Shown here: positions 13,171 to 27,532 of the stretch, one piece after another
Position numbering within the stretch: the first letter of the stretch is position 1
Layout of the letters: each line of letters starts with the position of its first letter
Assembly (NCBI GenBank): GCA_964016885.1
Contig: OZ024746.1
Location: 92,566,001 to 92,630,000, forward strand
From: Eledone cirrhosa
Taxonomy: Eukaryota
Length of the DNA stretch: 64,000 bases
Direction of reading: 5' to 3'
Translations under genes and position numbers: made by a program
Notes under the pieces: generated by a model
Seen by the model: only the letters and a program-made list of their open reading frames with translations
Told to the model about the DNA's origin: nothing
The model's database searches: none

Positions 13171-14323
13171 GTAAGTTAGAAATACAGTTTTTAGTTGAAA
13201 TAATTAGAAATATATTTTATGTACAATAAATAGTTGTTTGTGCACAGACCATAGTTGTTGATATTTAGCGTGAGGTTAGCTCTGATCCAGCCAGTCCTTC
13301 CATAAAAGACATTCCACTAATGACCATCACATCTTTTTCAGGCTTAGATTACATTATCCAATGCATGTTTTTTTTTGTTTTGTTTTTTTGCTTCATTTAT
13401 TTCTCTAATATAGTAGAATGTGATTTAGCTATTATTTCTAGCATGTTAAGTTATCAAATAAAGGTGGGGCCTCCTTGTTATCTCAGCTTCCTCATTGGGG
13501 GTGTCACTCATTCTAGTTTTTAAATTAGTTATCCATGTGTAGTGGTTAGAGTTTTCAGCTCATGACTGTAAGGTCATGGGTTTAATTCTTGGACCATATA
13601 GTACCTTGTGTCCTTGAGCAAGATACTTTATTACACATTGCTCCAGTCAATTCAATAGACCAGCCTTGTCACACATTGTGTGACAGGCTGAATCTCCCTG
13701 AGAACTATGTTAACAGTACATGTGTCTGCAGAATGCTCAGCCACTTACACATTTATTTCATGAGCAGGTAGTTCCATTGATTGGATCAACTGGAGCACTC
13801 GTCATTGAAAATGACAGAGCTCTAACAAGGTGTATGTCTACATGGATATATTAATCCAGTGTAAAATGTGATGAAACTAAGTTGAACTATATCTTATCAT
13901 TGTATGTATGGTTATGGTTTGATAAGATCTTTTACACCCTGAAAAAGGGTTGTGTTAGTGACACAATGAAAAACTATACAGTCCAACCTGTCAGTTAGTC
14001 ATTTTAATGCCATGATAAAAAGAACCCAGTCCAGGCTGTTAATGTGGTTAGGAAAGACATTCAGCTGTAGAAACCAAGCCAGAAACAGTTCTGTATGAGA
14101 AAGACATGGTAACCTGATCTGACTTGTCTCTCAATGGAACAACTTGTTTAACCCATGTTAACGTGGAAAATGGACATTAAATGGTGATATATAATTTTGT
14201 AAATACTTATAGATATTTTAATATCTGGAATCTCTGCTAGAGATTTAGCCATACTTTTCACCTGCTTATCACTGAAAATGGTGATACTCTCTTGGCATGA
14301 TAAGTCTCTCTCTCTCTCTTTCT

Positions 14324-14386
<63 letters not shown>

Positions 14387-14532
14387 GTGGAACGTGATGT
14401 ATGTCAGAAGGCTACAATACAATACAAAATGGATGGTAAGAGGAAAGTAATCTTTGATTTTTGTTGTTTTCTTTTTCATCCTAATATTGGGAAAAAAACG
14501 TTCTGGTCTATTCAATTTGAAATTAGATTTAA

Positions 14533-14760
14533 CCCTTTAATGTTCAAACCGGCCCAAACCGGCCAGAATTCTTTACCTCTGTCTTTTGAAACTAGCTGTA
14601 ACTGGTCGCTCAAACTGATATTAAGGTATTGTTCTCAAAATAAATACTTTCAAAATCTCATAAATTCGATATTATGTGAGATAATTATGCGAGGTAAAGC
14701 CTTTACTATGAAAATATAATAGTATATATATATATATAGAGTAATGTGAATGCTAAAGGG
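14533..14760. mobile_element. piggyBac-type MITE with TTAA TSDs
   Basis: TTAA|CCCTTTAATGTTCA ... TGAATGCTAAAGGG|TTAA. Confidence 0.85.
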
Positions 14761-14799
14761 TTAAACTTAAAATTTATAAATCACTTTCAAGCGTAGTTT

Positions 14800-15560
14800 G
14801 ATGTTTGCTGTAGTATTCACGAGAAGCTGGAGGATGATGTCAATTGTGTCATATCTCATGGAATCAAATTTCTTGTGTAAATTGTTGTGTGTTGGTGTTT
14901 TTTTATGTCAAGTATTGTGTGCTGAGTTCCAATCTGTTATTTATTTGTGGGTTAAGTCTACGTATGAGCAAGGCATCCTTTATCTTTAAATTACCTACAT
15001 TTCTATCTCTAGCTTCAATAGTAACAGTAATATGTTGGTTGATGTTTATACATTTGTCAATGTGTTTTTTTAATGAGGATGCATGTGTGTTCATGTGTTC
15101 TTTAATGCGACTGTGGAGTGCTCAAATCATGCTACCAATGTAGAACCCCTTACATTTGTTGTATTCAATCCGGTATACCAACAGTATATATCATGGATAG
15201 GGCAGTTAGTCAGTGAGAATTGGTTGTTGTTGTTTTTAGACAGGTATCCACACAGTGAAGGACCGGAGTGTGTTAATTGTATGTCCAGTCCTTCCTTGCT
15301 GTGGTTATACTTTCACTGAAGTGTAGTACTTTCATGAAGCAGGTGTTAGAGGAGGTCTATGCCTGTGGCTCCTTCAATTCGATTCTCTGTGGATGCTGGG
15401 TATCTGTTCGACTTCAGTACATCTATGAAGTGTGCAGTGTGATTGATCTGGTCCTCTGCCTTGCTGCATTTATTCCAGATATGCATGAGTTCATTTCTTA
15501 TGTATCTAGTTTTAGAACCAAGGGGAAGAGCTGACCTATAAAGCACAAACAGGTCTCTTC
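14800..15560 (-). mobile_element. Penelope-like element remnant (RT thumb + GIY-YIG endonuclease)
   Basis: Minus-strand peptides SALP..K..YIRNEL..I..KCS..LKSNRYP, VYRIEYNKCKGFYIGS..LHSRIKEH and KIKDALLIRRLNPQIN; contains stops. Confidence 0.75.
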
Positions 15561-15886
15561 TGGCTGCGTTGTTTTGTGTGAGTGTATGTGTGTTTGTGCG
15601 TTTATATTTATATAATCATACACATAAATGTATACATATGCATATACACATACACACACACAATTGTAATTAATTGTGTGTGTGTATGTGTACAGAGACA
15701 TGAGGAAATCAATGAAGAACAGAGACATACTGTTTTATAGCAAGGTAGACTAAGACAACAGGAGGGAAGAAATAATATACCGCTCGATGAAGGTCTAAAT
15801 AGCTCTTCTTATTCTGTCTGTGGAATTTCCACAGGTCCTGCTAGTATGTTATATTTTCATTGTAATAATATATTTTTCTTCTTCAG

Positions 15887-15989
15887 ATGTGCAACTTCAC
15901 ATCAGGATGGCAATGATTATTTTATCCTCCTAATTTTGACTGATGGAATTATCACCGACATGCCCCAGACAATGGAAGCAATCGTTAAT
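15887..15989 (+). CDS. Copine exon: CATSHQDGNDYFILLILTDGIITDMPQTMEAIVN
   Basis: CTTCAG / GTAAGT; phase 2-0; motif YFILLILTDG.ITDM. Confidence 0.95.
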
Positions 15990-16914
15990 GTAAGTGTCTT
16001 TCATCATTCTTTACATTCTATTATTGCAACAAAACTAAGTTTATTGCAAACTTCCCACTCTCATATATTGATTTAGTAATTTCTAACTTTGGTTTTAAGG
16101 AATGCTAGCTATGATCAATCAAGTTGATTCCAATACCAACATATGTTATATCCCCCATTCCACCCTGATTTTTATGGCGAAATCATCCCCAGCTTTATTT
16201 GAAGTCAGGGAAATGTGTTTTTAATGTAATTACATAGAGCAAGACTTTATCAGATAAACATTCTTTTTATGTGCTGAAATAGTTGATGAAAATATTACTA
16301 AGTAAATATACAAGATTGTAGTTTAGTTGATATTATTAATAGTAACTATTAGTAAGTAAATATACAAGATTGTAGATTAGTTGATATTACTAAAAGTAAA
16401 TATTACTAAGTAAATATACAAGATTGTAGTTAGTGTTGTAGGATTGTTTAGAAAATATGATTCAGAGATGTTTTTGTTAGAGACACCTACCTAGGTTTAG
16501 ATAACCTGCTATGTATGATATTGTACTTCATAGGAGGTGTCTTGTCACCACAAGTGGCAGGAAACAAACTTAGAATTGATGCTATAAGGTGGTCATGTTG
16601 GTAACACAACAAAAACTACCCAATCCACCCTGTAAGGTGGTTGGCATTAAGAAAAGGCATACAGCCATAGAAAACCAATCAAAAACTGATTGTATAAACA
16701 AGATGTGGTCACCTGACCTATCTAGCCTCATAACGTGACAGCTCTTATAAGCCATGCAACATGGAAGATACTCTACAGCTTCACATAAAGATATGTTTAC
16801 ATGTAATGTGTTATATGATTTGTGCAACTTTAGTATCACACATCCTCACATAAGAAGATTCTAAATTTCATCATTCCCATCATTGTTTGATTTTATTCCT
16901 GATCCAATCCTGGG

Positions 16915-17690
16915 CCTTCTCACTCTTGTTGGAGGAACTCCCTCCCAAGTTAACCTCCAAGACCTCACCCCTGTTGGAGGAACTCCCTCCCCAGTTAACC
17001 TCCAAGACCTCACTCCTGTTGGAAGAACCTCTCCCTTCCCAGTTAACCTCCAAGACCTCACTCCTGTTGGAGGAACTCCCTCCCCAGTTAACCTCCAAGA
17101 CCTCACTCCTGTTGGAGGAACTCCCTCCCCAGTTAACCTCCAAGACCTCACTCCTGCTGGAAGAACCTCTCCCTTCCCAGTTAACCTCCAAGACCTCACT
17201 CCTGTTGGAGGAACTCCCTCCCCAGTTAACCTCCAAGACCTCACCCCTGTTGGAGGAACTCCCTCCCCAGTTAACCTCCAAGACCTCACTCCTGTTGGAG
17301 GAACTCCCTCCCCAGTTAACCTCCAAGACCTCACTCCTGTTGGAAGAACCTCTCCCTTCCCAGTTAACCTCCAAGACCTCACTCCTGTTGGAGGAACTCC
17401 CTCCCCAGTTAACCTCCAAGACCTCACTCCTGTTGGAGGAACTCCCTCCCCAGTTAACCTCCAAGACCTCACTCCTGTTGGAAGAACCTCTCCCTTCCCA
17501 GTTAACCTCCAAGACCTCACTCCTGTTGGAGGAACTCCCTCCCCAGTTAACCTCCAAGACCTCACTCCTGTTGGAGGAACTCCCTCCCCAGTTAACCCCC
17601 AAGACCTCATTCCTGCTGGAGGAACCTCTCCCTTCCCTGGTTGACCTCCAGGACCTTCTCACTCCTGTTGGAGGAACCCCTCCTTGGTTG
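16915..17690 (+). repeat. 45/48-bp minisatellite with A-A-B higher-order pattern
   Basis: Unit GACCTCACTCCTGTTGGAGGAACTCCCTCCCCAGTTAACCTCCAA, ~16 copies; source of four overlapping repetitive ORFs. Confidence 0.95.
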
Positions 17691-17987
17691 ACCACTATTT
17701 TCTGTTTAGTTTTCGTCATGTCAGGAGTGTAGCCGTACTCATCACAATTGGCTAATTGTGGGTTGGTGAGGCTATTTAGCCTATAGTCAGGGTGGATGGC
17801 CCAGGATTTGGTGAGGGAGTCAGTTTAGTCACTGACCACTAAACCATGAAGCAGGTTGTACTGGGTTACATGGTATCAGTAACAGGCAGAAACCTGTATA
17901 TCCTCATCTCCACTATGAAATGATACTAGTAGACCCATGCCATTAATAACAATAGCAATTCCCTTGAATATATTTAATTGTTTTAGT

Positions 17988-19895
17988 CGAGGATTGGTAC
18001 GACATATAAACGAGTGTTGGTATGATATATATACCAGGGTTGGTACGACATATAAACGAGTGTTGGTATGATATATATACCAGGATTGGTACGACATATA
18101 AACGAGTGTTGGTATGATATATATCCCAGGGTTGGTACGACATATAAATGACTGTTGGTATGTCATATATACCTAGATTGGTGTGACATATATACCAGGG
18201 TTGGTACGACATATAAACGAGTGTTGGTATGATATATATCCCAGGGTTGGTACGACATATAAATGACTGTTGGTATGTCATATATACCTAGATTGGTGTG
18301 ACATATATACCAGGGTTGGTATGTCATATATACCAGGGTTGGTATGTCATATATACCAGGGTTGGTATGTCATATATACCAGGGTTGGTATGACATATAT
18401 ACCAGGGTTGGTATGACATATATACCAGGGTTGGTATGTCATATATACCTAGATTGGTGTGACATATATACCAGGGTTGGTATGACATATATACCAGGGT
18501 TGGTATGTCATATATACCAGGGTTGGTATGTCATATATACCAGGGTTGGTATGACATATATACCAGGATTGGTATGTCATATATACCTAGATAGGTGTGA
18601 CATATATACCAGGATTGGTGTGACATATATACCAGGGTTGGTATGTCATATATACCAGGATTGGTGTCACATATATACCAGGATTGGTATGTCATATATA
18701 CCAGGATTGGTGTGTCATATATACCAGGGTTGGTATGACATATATACCAGGGTTGGTATGTCATATATACCAGGGTTGGTATACCATATATACCAGGATT
18801 GGTATGTCATATATACCAGGGTTAGTATGTCATATATACCTAGATTGGTGTGACATATATACCAGGGTTGGTATGACATATATACCAGGTGGTATGTCAT
18901 ATATACCAGGGTTGGTATGTCATATATACCAGGGTTAGTATGTCATATATACCTAGATTGGTGTGACATATATACCAGGGTGGTATGACATATATACCAG
19001 GGTTGGTATGTCATATATACCAGGGTTAGTATGTCATATATACCAGGATTGGTATGTCATATATACCAGGGTTAGTATGTCATATATACCTAGATTGGTG
19101 TGACATATATACCAGGGTTGGTATGACATATATACCAGGGTTGGTATGTCATATATACCAGGGTTGGTATGTCATATATACCAGGGTTAGTATGTCATAT
19201 ATACCTAGATTGGTGTGACATATATACCAGGGTGGTATGACATATATACCAGGGTTGGTATGTCATATATACCAGGGTTGGTATGTCATATATACCTAGA
19301 TTGGTGTGACATATATACCAGGGTGGTATGACATATATACCAGGGTTGGTATGTCATATATACCAGGGTTGGTATGACATATATACCTAGATTGGTGTGA
19401 CATATATACCAGGATTGGTATGTCATATATACCAGGGTTGGTATGACATATATACCAGGGTTGGTATGTCATATATACCTAGATTGGTGTGACATATATA
19501 CCAGGGTGGTATGACATATATACCAGGGTTGGTATGTCATATATACCAGGGTTGGTATGTCATATATACCAGGGTTGGTATGACATATATACCTAGATTG
19601 GTGTGACATATATACCAGGATTGGTATGTCATATATACCAGGGTTGGTATGTCATATATACCAGGGTTGGTATGACATATATACCAGGGTTGGTATGTCA
19701 TATATACCAGGGTTGGTATGTCATATATACCAGGATTGGTATGTCATATATACCAGGGTTGGTATGTCATATATACCAGGATTGGTATGACATATATACC
19801 AGGGTTGGTGTGTCATATATACCAGGGTTGGTATGACATATATACCAGGGTTGGTATGACATATATACCAGGGTGGTATGACATATATACCAGGT
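17988..19895 (+). repeat. 23-bp minisatellite (ATATATACCAGGGTTGGTATGTC), ~1.9 kb
   Basis: Direct tandem repetition; the 23-aa periodicity of the overlapping ORFs equals three units. Confidence 0.95.
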
Positions 19896-20479
19896 TTGCC
19901 ACATTCATGAATACAAACTGGGAAATTAACATTTTGATAAATTACTGATTTATATAAGAGAAACCTATAGTTTTTCTTGATTACTGACACATGAAAAGGA
20001 TTGAAGAAAAGAATAACATTTTAATCATTTATTTCTAGGATATAATTACATAGATATTCACTTACCGAGTGGGGTGGAACCATTAGTCTTTCCATCGCTG
20101 ATACTATCTACTGGTTACAACTCCTGACAGAAAGAGCAACGTGAAATAAAGTGTCTTTCTCAAGGACTTAACACATCGCCTACAAGCACTCAGCCAGACA
20201 TCTTCAGTATAATCTTCTGAAGTATAATGATGTTATGTCAAACTCTGATACATAAAACGTTAACACATCCATGAAGCACTTTTGTATAAAGATGTTGCCA
20301 CATAAAATATTAAACCTCTGGTAAAATGTCAATGTATTCACTGATGTATCAATATTCTTACTATGTCTATCATTCTGATATAAAACCCCCTCAGCTAGTT
20401 TACCTGACTTAACAGAAAGAGAAACTCTATGACTATTTTATAGTTAAGTATTGGGTAATGACCTAAAAAATAGAATTGT

Positions 20480-20872
20480 GAATACAAATGGCTAAAATGG
20501 GATTCCTCCGAAGGGTCTTTTGAGAAACATTACTCGATAAAGTGCATAGTTCAGAGATTAGAGAGTCACTCCAGGTAGAGCTGTTACTTCTCTGAATTGA
20601 GAGATCACTTCTCCAATACTATAGGCATGTGGTTAGAACATCTCAGGAAAGAATCGCTGGAGAGATTTTACAGGCAAAAACCAACCGGCAGGAGACACAG
20701 GGGTGAGACACCAAGCAAGATGGTTGGATAACATCCATGAGCTTGGCTGGTCTCATTGGGGATCCAGCCGGATCAGTTGGAGATAGTTGCTTCTGACAGG
20801 ACCTACTGGAGGGAGTGTTTGAGGGTTTTGCCTCCCACGACCCTCTCAGGAATAAGTGGGTGAAGAAGAAGT
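20480..20872 (+). mobile_element. RTE-type LINE 3' fragment
   Basis: Decayed KMGFLRR..GHVVR..GR....W.D motifs ending in a GAAGAAGAAG tail. Confidence 0.6.
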
Positions 20873-21015
20873 ATTTTGTAGTATGAAGGACAACCCTCCA
20901 GCTGTAATAGCAACCAAAAGGACAAATAAATATAAAACAGAAGAGATTGAAGAGATGTAAAAGCAGCCATTTTGTTTGTTACTTGAAACTAATTTCTGTT
21001 TTATTGTATTTTTAG

Positions 21016-21073
21016 GCCTCACAACTTCCTATGTCTATTATCATCATTGGCATTGGAGATGCTGACTTTGAAG
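21016..21073 (+). CDS. Copine exon: ASQLPMSIIIIGIGDADFE
   Basis: TTTTTAG / GTTTGT; phase 0-1; motif LPMSIII.G.G.ADF. Confidence 0.95.
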
Positions 21074-21214
21074 GTTTGTTACCATTTTTATTAAACTAAT
21101 TATTTCTTTCAGTATTAATTCAAATACTTTTGGATGAGATATAAGGGATTAAATATTCATCAATTTTTCAATGGGTTAAAATCTAACTCCATCAATCATA
21201 TATATATGTATGTA

Positions 21215-21274
<60 letters not shown>

Positions 21275-21276
<2 letters not shown>

Positions 21277-21382
21277 AAAAGTGTCAGGACCCCAACAGCT
21301 ATTTCGACAGCTAGATCCGAACAGTTCAGATCTAGCTGTCGAAACAGCAGGAGCTCAGCTGTCGGGGTCCTGAATCTTTTCC
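21275..21382. mobile_element. Small, almost fully palindromic TA-flanked MITE
   Basis: GGAAAAGTGTCAGGACCCCAACAGCT / AGCTGTCGGGGTCCTGAATCTTTTCC, with inner stem TTTCGACAGCTAGATC / GATCTAGCTGTCGAAA. Confidence 0.7.
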
Positions 21383-21446
21383 TATTACCCACTCTACTAC
21401 CCTAAGTAAGTACTATAGTCCACCTGGTATCTTACCACACCTTCTT

Positions 21447-21518
<72 letters not shown>

Positions 21519-21756
21519 TCATCATCATCATCGTTTCATATCTATCTTCCACGCTAGCATGGGTTAGACGGGAGTTGTCCCACTTGAGGCAAGCTTGGTT
21601 GGGTGACCGTGTCTTGCTCGTATAGGACTAGCTAGCAGGTTTTCTACAGCTGGATGCCCTTCCTAACACCAAATACATTTACAGTGTGGACTGGGAACTT
21701 TTTTACCGTGTTACCTACAATATATATGTATATATATATATATATATATATAAATA

Positions 21757-22272
21757 TATCATCATCATTATCATCATCACCGTTTTACGTCCATTCTTCC
21801 ACGCTAGCATGGGTTAGACAGGTTGTGCTGTTGTGGGCAGTGTCCGGTCGGCTGACCATGCCTTGCTCATATGGGAACTGATTTTGGCTTGATTTCTACA
21901 GCTGGATGCCCTTCCTAACACGAACCTCATTTACAGTGAGTGCTGGGTGCTTTTTTTCCGAGGCGCCTACACGTCCACTTTACAGTGTGGGCTGGGTGCT
22001 TTTTTGCCGTGGCACCTCCATGACCACTTTGCAGTGGAAGCGTGTGGGGGCATATTGTCTATATGCTTCAGCTTCGGCTTGTACCCGTGGGGGGTCGAGT
22101 CTTCTGTATTACTGCATGACGCCAGAGGTCACGGTCGTGTGTCATCGCCTTTGAGCGGTGTAATTGGGTAAGGTCAGCTTTTATCACCTCATCCCAGGTC
22201 TTCTTGGGTCTCCCCACTTCGCGGTTTCCATCGACTTCTAGTGCTCTGCACCTTTTTATGCAGCTGTCATCC
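21757..22272 (-). mobile_element. RTE-type LINE 3' end
   Basis: MDDSCIKRCRALEVDGNREVGRPKKTW..DRDLWR; same 3' UTR as 1744-2075 and 32352-32860. Confidence 0.8.
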
Positions 22273-22496
22273 ATATATATATATATATATATATATATAT
22301 GGTAGGTATGTGTGTAACTATAGTTACAGGTAGTTTGCTGGTTAAAGCACTCAATACTGTTATGGGTGTGTACCACGTGGAGTTTATACTCCAGGGTTAA
22401 GGGGCTGTAACATACAGAGTGTAGATATACAAGAAAGCAAGAATGAAGTCAAGGTTGCATCATAAACTGCATATAACAGTTTCATAAAGTTCGAGG

Positions 22497-22925
22497 CCTG
22501 ACACTGGGTGAACATCTCATTAGATATCCCCGTTTGGGGCCTGACACTGGATCAACTTCTCATTAGATATGCCTGTTCAGGGCCTGACACTGGGTCATCA
22601 TCTCATTAGATATGCCCGTTCATGAACCTGACACTGGGTCAACATCTCATTAGATATGCCCGTTCAGGGCCTGACACTGGATCAACATCTCATTAGATAT
22701 GCCCGTTCATGGACTTGACACTGGGTCAACATCTCATTAGATATGCCCGTTCAGGGCCTGACACTGGATCAACTTCTCATTAGATATGCCTGTTCAGGGC
22801 CTGACACTGGGTCAACATCTCATTAGATATGCCCGTTCATGGACCTGACACTGGGTCAACATCTTATTAGTATGCCTGTTCGGGGCCTGACACTGGGTCA
22901 ACATCTCATTAGATATGCCTGTTCA
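22497..22925 (+). repeat. 43/44-bp minisatellite, ~10 copies
   Basis: Unit CCTGACACTGGGTCAACATCTCATTAGATATGCCCGTTCAGGG. Confidence 0.9.
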
Positions 22926-23454
22926 TAAGCACAGAACACATCGTATAAGAAGTGTTATATTTCTGTAATATAACTGTTGGTTTGGTTAATGTCAATGTTT
23001 TCAATATAAAAAACAACCACAACAGAGTTAAAACGAAAATTAGGGGGGGGGGGGGTATTAGAAGTTAGCTAAGAATACAAGGGAGACAACTTGAAATATT
23101 TTTAGATTCTTCTCCACATCAGTAGAAATATAGTATTTGTGTCTAAATTAAGCTGGAATTTTAAATATGTATCTCTCAAGATTTGATCATGGTTTTGTCA
23201 ATCTAGTTTTTCTTTACATTTATATATTTGGCGTCTTTCATATTTTATTTTCCTTACAAGAGAGATTAAACAAAATAAAATCTGTTTTACAAAAAACTTT
23301 AATATTTTGGACAAAACATGGAATGTTTTTATCCGGATTAAATAATTTGTTGGCTTTTAATAAATAGGAAAATGTTTCTTTTACAGCTAAAACGATTTAA
23401 AACTTTTTGCTTTTAAACACTATTCATGAAAAAAGTTTTTATTCAATAAATAAA

Positions 23455-23830
23455 TTCATTCATTCACTCAGCCCCATCACTCTCTGTGGAGCTTAGGCCA
23501 TTAACGACCCTCCACTTTCATACTTGACTGCTCTTGCCACTCCAGTTGTCTTAATTCAGCCTCAGTGTCACGCCTACAGTTGCCATAGGGCAGCCCTCTC
23601 TTCCTCTTACCCTGCTGTTTCCAGGGCAGGGCTTGGCATGTGGTGTTGGATGCTCGTTTCCTGAGGGTATGTCTAATCCAGCTCCACTTCCTCCACTGGT
23701 TCCTGTCCTGCTCCCACAGTTCTTTGTTTCTGATCTTTTCCAGCCATTTGATATTGTACCTAAGACAGATGTTGAAGAATGTCTAGATCTTCTGCTGCAT
23801 CTTCTCTGTTGTCCTCCAAGTTTTACATGC
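23455..23830 (-). mobile_element. RTE-clade LINE 3' fragment
   Basis: Minus strand RKWSWIRHTLRK..ALPWKQQGKRKRG.P motif; (TGAA)n-like tail. Confidence 0.65.
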
Positions 23831-24611
23831 AATAAATAAATGCTGTGTATTAAATTATATAATGTTTAGGATTTACAAAAGAAACAAATCAATAAAAAAA
23901 AAGAGGGTGGAAAGAGGAAAAAAGAAAAAAATATGAGAAGCCATGCAGCAACAAGGAGTGTTGATGTTACCTTCTAAAACTTTTTTAGGCTAGCCAAGAT
24001 GCATTAGCCTGTGTGATAGTGAGACTAAGTTGCTGTAATAGCCAAGTATCACCTGATAATTTAACAAGGTGAACCAGTAATGATGAAATTTGATTATTGA
24101 ATAAATATTACAAAACAGGATCTAAATTAATGACTAGAATTACATTGATGAGCTAAAAATACTACACTTACTAAAATGTGTTTACAGCTTACCTTTCTCC
24201 ATACTAAATTTATTACATTTATATCAGATAGAAGTACAAACATATAATAAATTAATCATTACTAAGAACCTTATAAATAAAATACACAAAAATATACGTT
24301 CAAAGCGTAAAAAAAAAACATTAATTCAACCTTGTGTCAGTTGGTGACACACCACAAGAGGTCATCAGACGTTTGAGGCAAGCCAACACAATCACAGCAT
24401 TGCTGTAGGTGATGGCGAGGCTAAGGTGCTGAAACAACCAAGCACGCTCATGGTCATCATCTGACACCTTAGTAAAATTCAGTTTAATGTTTGCTCAGGA
24501 CCAACAAAATTATGTTAATTATATTCAAGATAATTATATTTAAACAGAAAGGTGTTTAGGTGTTTAATCCTTTTAATACCAAACCACTTAAGACTGCCCT
24601 TAGTTTTATGA

Positions 24612-24784
24612 TACAGTGAAATTCCATGAATTTCACTGGGTATAAAAAAATTCCTTGTATCAAAAAATTCTTTATAACGAGATCGAAATAAATCATTCGT
24701 TTGTTATTACCTCGGGGATTGAAAAAAATTTTGTTATACTGAAAAATTCGTTATAATGGTTTTCAGTATAATGGAATTTTACTG
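24612..24784. mobile_element. pogo/Tigger-like MITE
   Basis: TA-CAGTGAAATTCC ... GGAATTTTACTG termini. Confidence 0.5.
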
Positions 24785-26477
24785 CTCATTTTATATTCAT
24801 TTTTAAATTACTACCTTCTATTAAGAACCTTTGTTAAGTTATGTTCCAAACTTCAGCTTAATAATGAAAAAGTTATTTCACTAAAGTCTTCCAAATTCCT
24901 CATTATTTTCAAAATATAATGAAACATTGGTAGTATATTTAATTAGAAATATGGTAAAAAAAGGTGTTAATATTAGAATATATCATTTTATGTTTAGGCA
25001 TTGTTAAAGAACATATCTTGATATGTTAGGCCAAGTAGTTCTATTGGGGATTTGTATTTCTAAATAACAGCTTTTGATTGCTTCAATGAAAACTAAATGA
25101 TAACAATAAAAATTTGATATTTTATAGGGAAGAAGATGATTATTAAGCAGGGAATACTTAATATTATCATGGCTCTCGCATGGATTGGCAGAATGGGTAG
25201 AGCAGCAGATAAAATACCAGTGCTGTATTTGTTCTGCTTCTTTACATCCTAAGTTTAAATCTCAACAAGTTCGACATTGCTTTTCATCCTGATAAAATAG
25301 AATACCAGTTAAATACTAGGGTTGGTTTAATCAACTGTCCCCTTTCCCCAGCATCTGCTGGCTTTGTGTCTAAATTAGAACTCAATGTTATCATTACTCT
25401 CCCTTTATCAAAAGGTTTGTCATGGTTTTACCAAAATGCATCTGACTCACGTGAAAAGAACTGCCTCGGTTCATTGAAGCATAACAAAAAGACAGATGGT
25501 GGTAATAATATTGGTCAATGATATTGTTTCTATTCACTTTAATTTCACCCTCACTTCTTCCCACAATGTTCATATGATGCATGTGGAATAAATATATTTA
25601 AAAAAACATCAGCAAATGTAAAAGACAAAATATGAATAGTTCATAATTATTTTGACTAATATTTATTTTGAATGTAAAATAGATTTTTCCAGAGATTTTC
25701 ACCATTCTTCGTTACCTTCACAGTTCATTAACAGCAGTCATCACTCTGTCTCAATCTAAATCACTTTTCTGTAATTTTCACAGAAACAAATCACATTTGT
25801 ATGATTCACTGATAGTAACTGCAACAACTTGAGTTTCACAAATAATCACATAAAATCATTCATTAAATTCCTTTTTAGTATGTTCACCATTGATTGTAAA
25901 TTATATTTATTTAATAACTATTGTTTAGTTCTATATTGTTTTATAATAGTATGTTGGCAAGTTAGGCTTATGCCTGCTACTGGTACCCAGTAACCCAGTA
26001 CAACCTGATTCATGATTGAGTGGTTGACAACTAAACAGGCTCCCCCACCAGACTTGGTCTGGTCTCGTGAGGAGGGTAAGTGGAATCCCAGCAGCACTAA
26101 AAACAAGAGCTGTAAAAAGGGCAGAAGAACTCTTCAGAGTCAACAGCCATCCACCCCAACTATGGCTTAAATAGCCTCACTAACCCACAATTGGCCAACT
26201 GTGGTCAGTACAGCTATACCCCTGACATGACCATCCACCCCAACAGAAAGTGGTGGAGGTCAACCAGGGAGGAGGGGTTCCTCCAACAGGAGTGAAAAGG
26301 CTCTCCATTGGAAAAGTATATTTATTGTTACATGAGATGAAGCTAAAAAATCTTAAAAGATACCTTGGATGACTCTTTTGTTTGTTTTTGTTGTAGTTTT
26401 TCTGGGGCTTTTTATTTTTTTTATTTTCCATGAAAAAAAAAATATATATAGGATCCATAGTTGACCACATAACTGAC

Positions 26478-27412
26478 ACATACTATGTTGATAACATAGG
26501 TGTCATAACATATACTATGTTGATAACATAGGTGTCATAACACATACTATGTTGATAACATAGGTGTCATAACACATACTATGTTGATAACATAGGTGTC
26601 ATAACATATACTATGTTGATAACATAGGTGTCATAACACATACTATGTTGATAACATAGGTGTCATAACATATACTATGTTGATAACATAGGTGTCATAA
26701 CACATACTATGTTGATAACATAGGTGTCATAACACATACTATGTTGATAACATAGGTGTCATAACATATACTATGTTGATAACATAGGTGTCATAACACA
26801 TACTATGTTGATAACATAGGTGTCATAACACATACTATGTTGATAACATAGGTGTCATAACATATACTATGTTGATAACATAGGTGTCATAACATATACT
26901 ATGTTGATAACATAGGTGTCATAACATATACTATGTTGATAACATAGGTGTCATAACACATACTATGTTGATAACATAGGTGTCATAACATATACTATGT
27001 TGATAACATAGGTGTCATAACACATACTATGTTGATAACATAGGTGTCATAACATATACTATGTTGATAACATAGGTGTCATAACACATACTATGTTGAT
27101 AACATAGGTGTCATAACACATACTATGTTGATAATGTCTTAGAAATAGATAGGTGTCATAACATATACTATGTTGATAACATAGGTGTCATAACATATAC
27201 TATGTTGATAATGTCTTAGAAATAGATAGGTGTCATAACATATACTATGTTGATAATGTCTTAGAAATAGATAGGTGTCATAACATATACTATATTGATA
27301 ATGTCTTAAAAATAGATAGGTGTCATAACATATACTATATTGATAATGTCTTAGAAATAGATAGGTGTCATAACATATACTATGTTGATAATGTCTTAGA
27401 AATAGATAGGTC
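26478..27412 (+). repeat. 32-bp minisatellite switching to a 45-bp variant
   Basis: Unit TAACATATACTATGTTGATAACATAGGTGTCA with internal palindrome CTATGTT-gat-AACATAG; the last units carry a 13-bp insertion. Confidence 0.95.
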
Positions 27413-27532
27413 TGTTCTTTAACTTTTAACATCCTATACCACTTAACAGAATAGCAAAACGTTCTTGAAAAGTACAAAACAGCACAATGACTGCATCACC
27501 TAAAAAGTACTGCAGCTAAAACAAACTTTCGA

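Noticed and set aside
16861-17732. Four 250-280-aa repetitive ORFs as protein genes
   Set aside because: They are by-products of a 45/48-bp minisatellite inside a copine intron whose flanking exons splice in frame without them.
17988-27412. Regular arrays as CRISPR-like loci
   Set aside because: Head-to-tail units with no unique spacers and no cas genes, in a eukaryotic intron.
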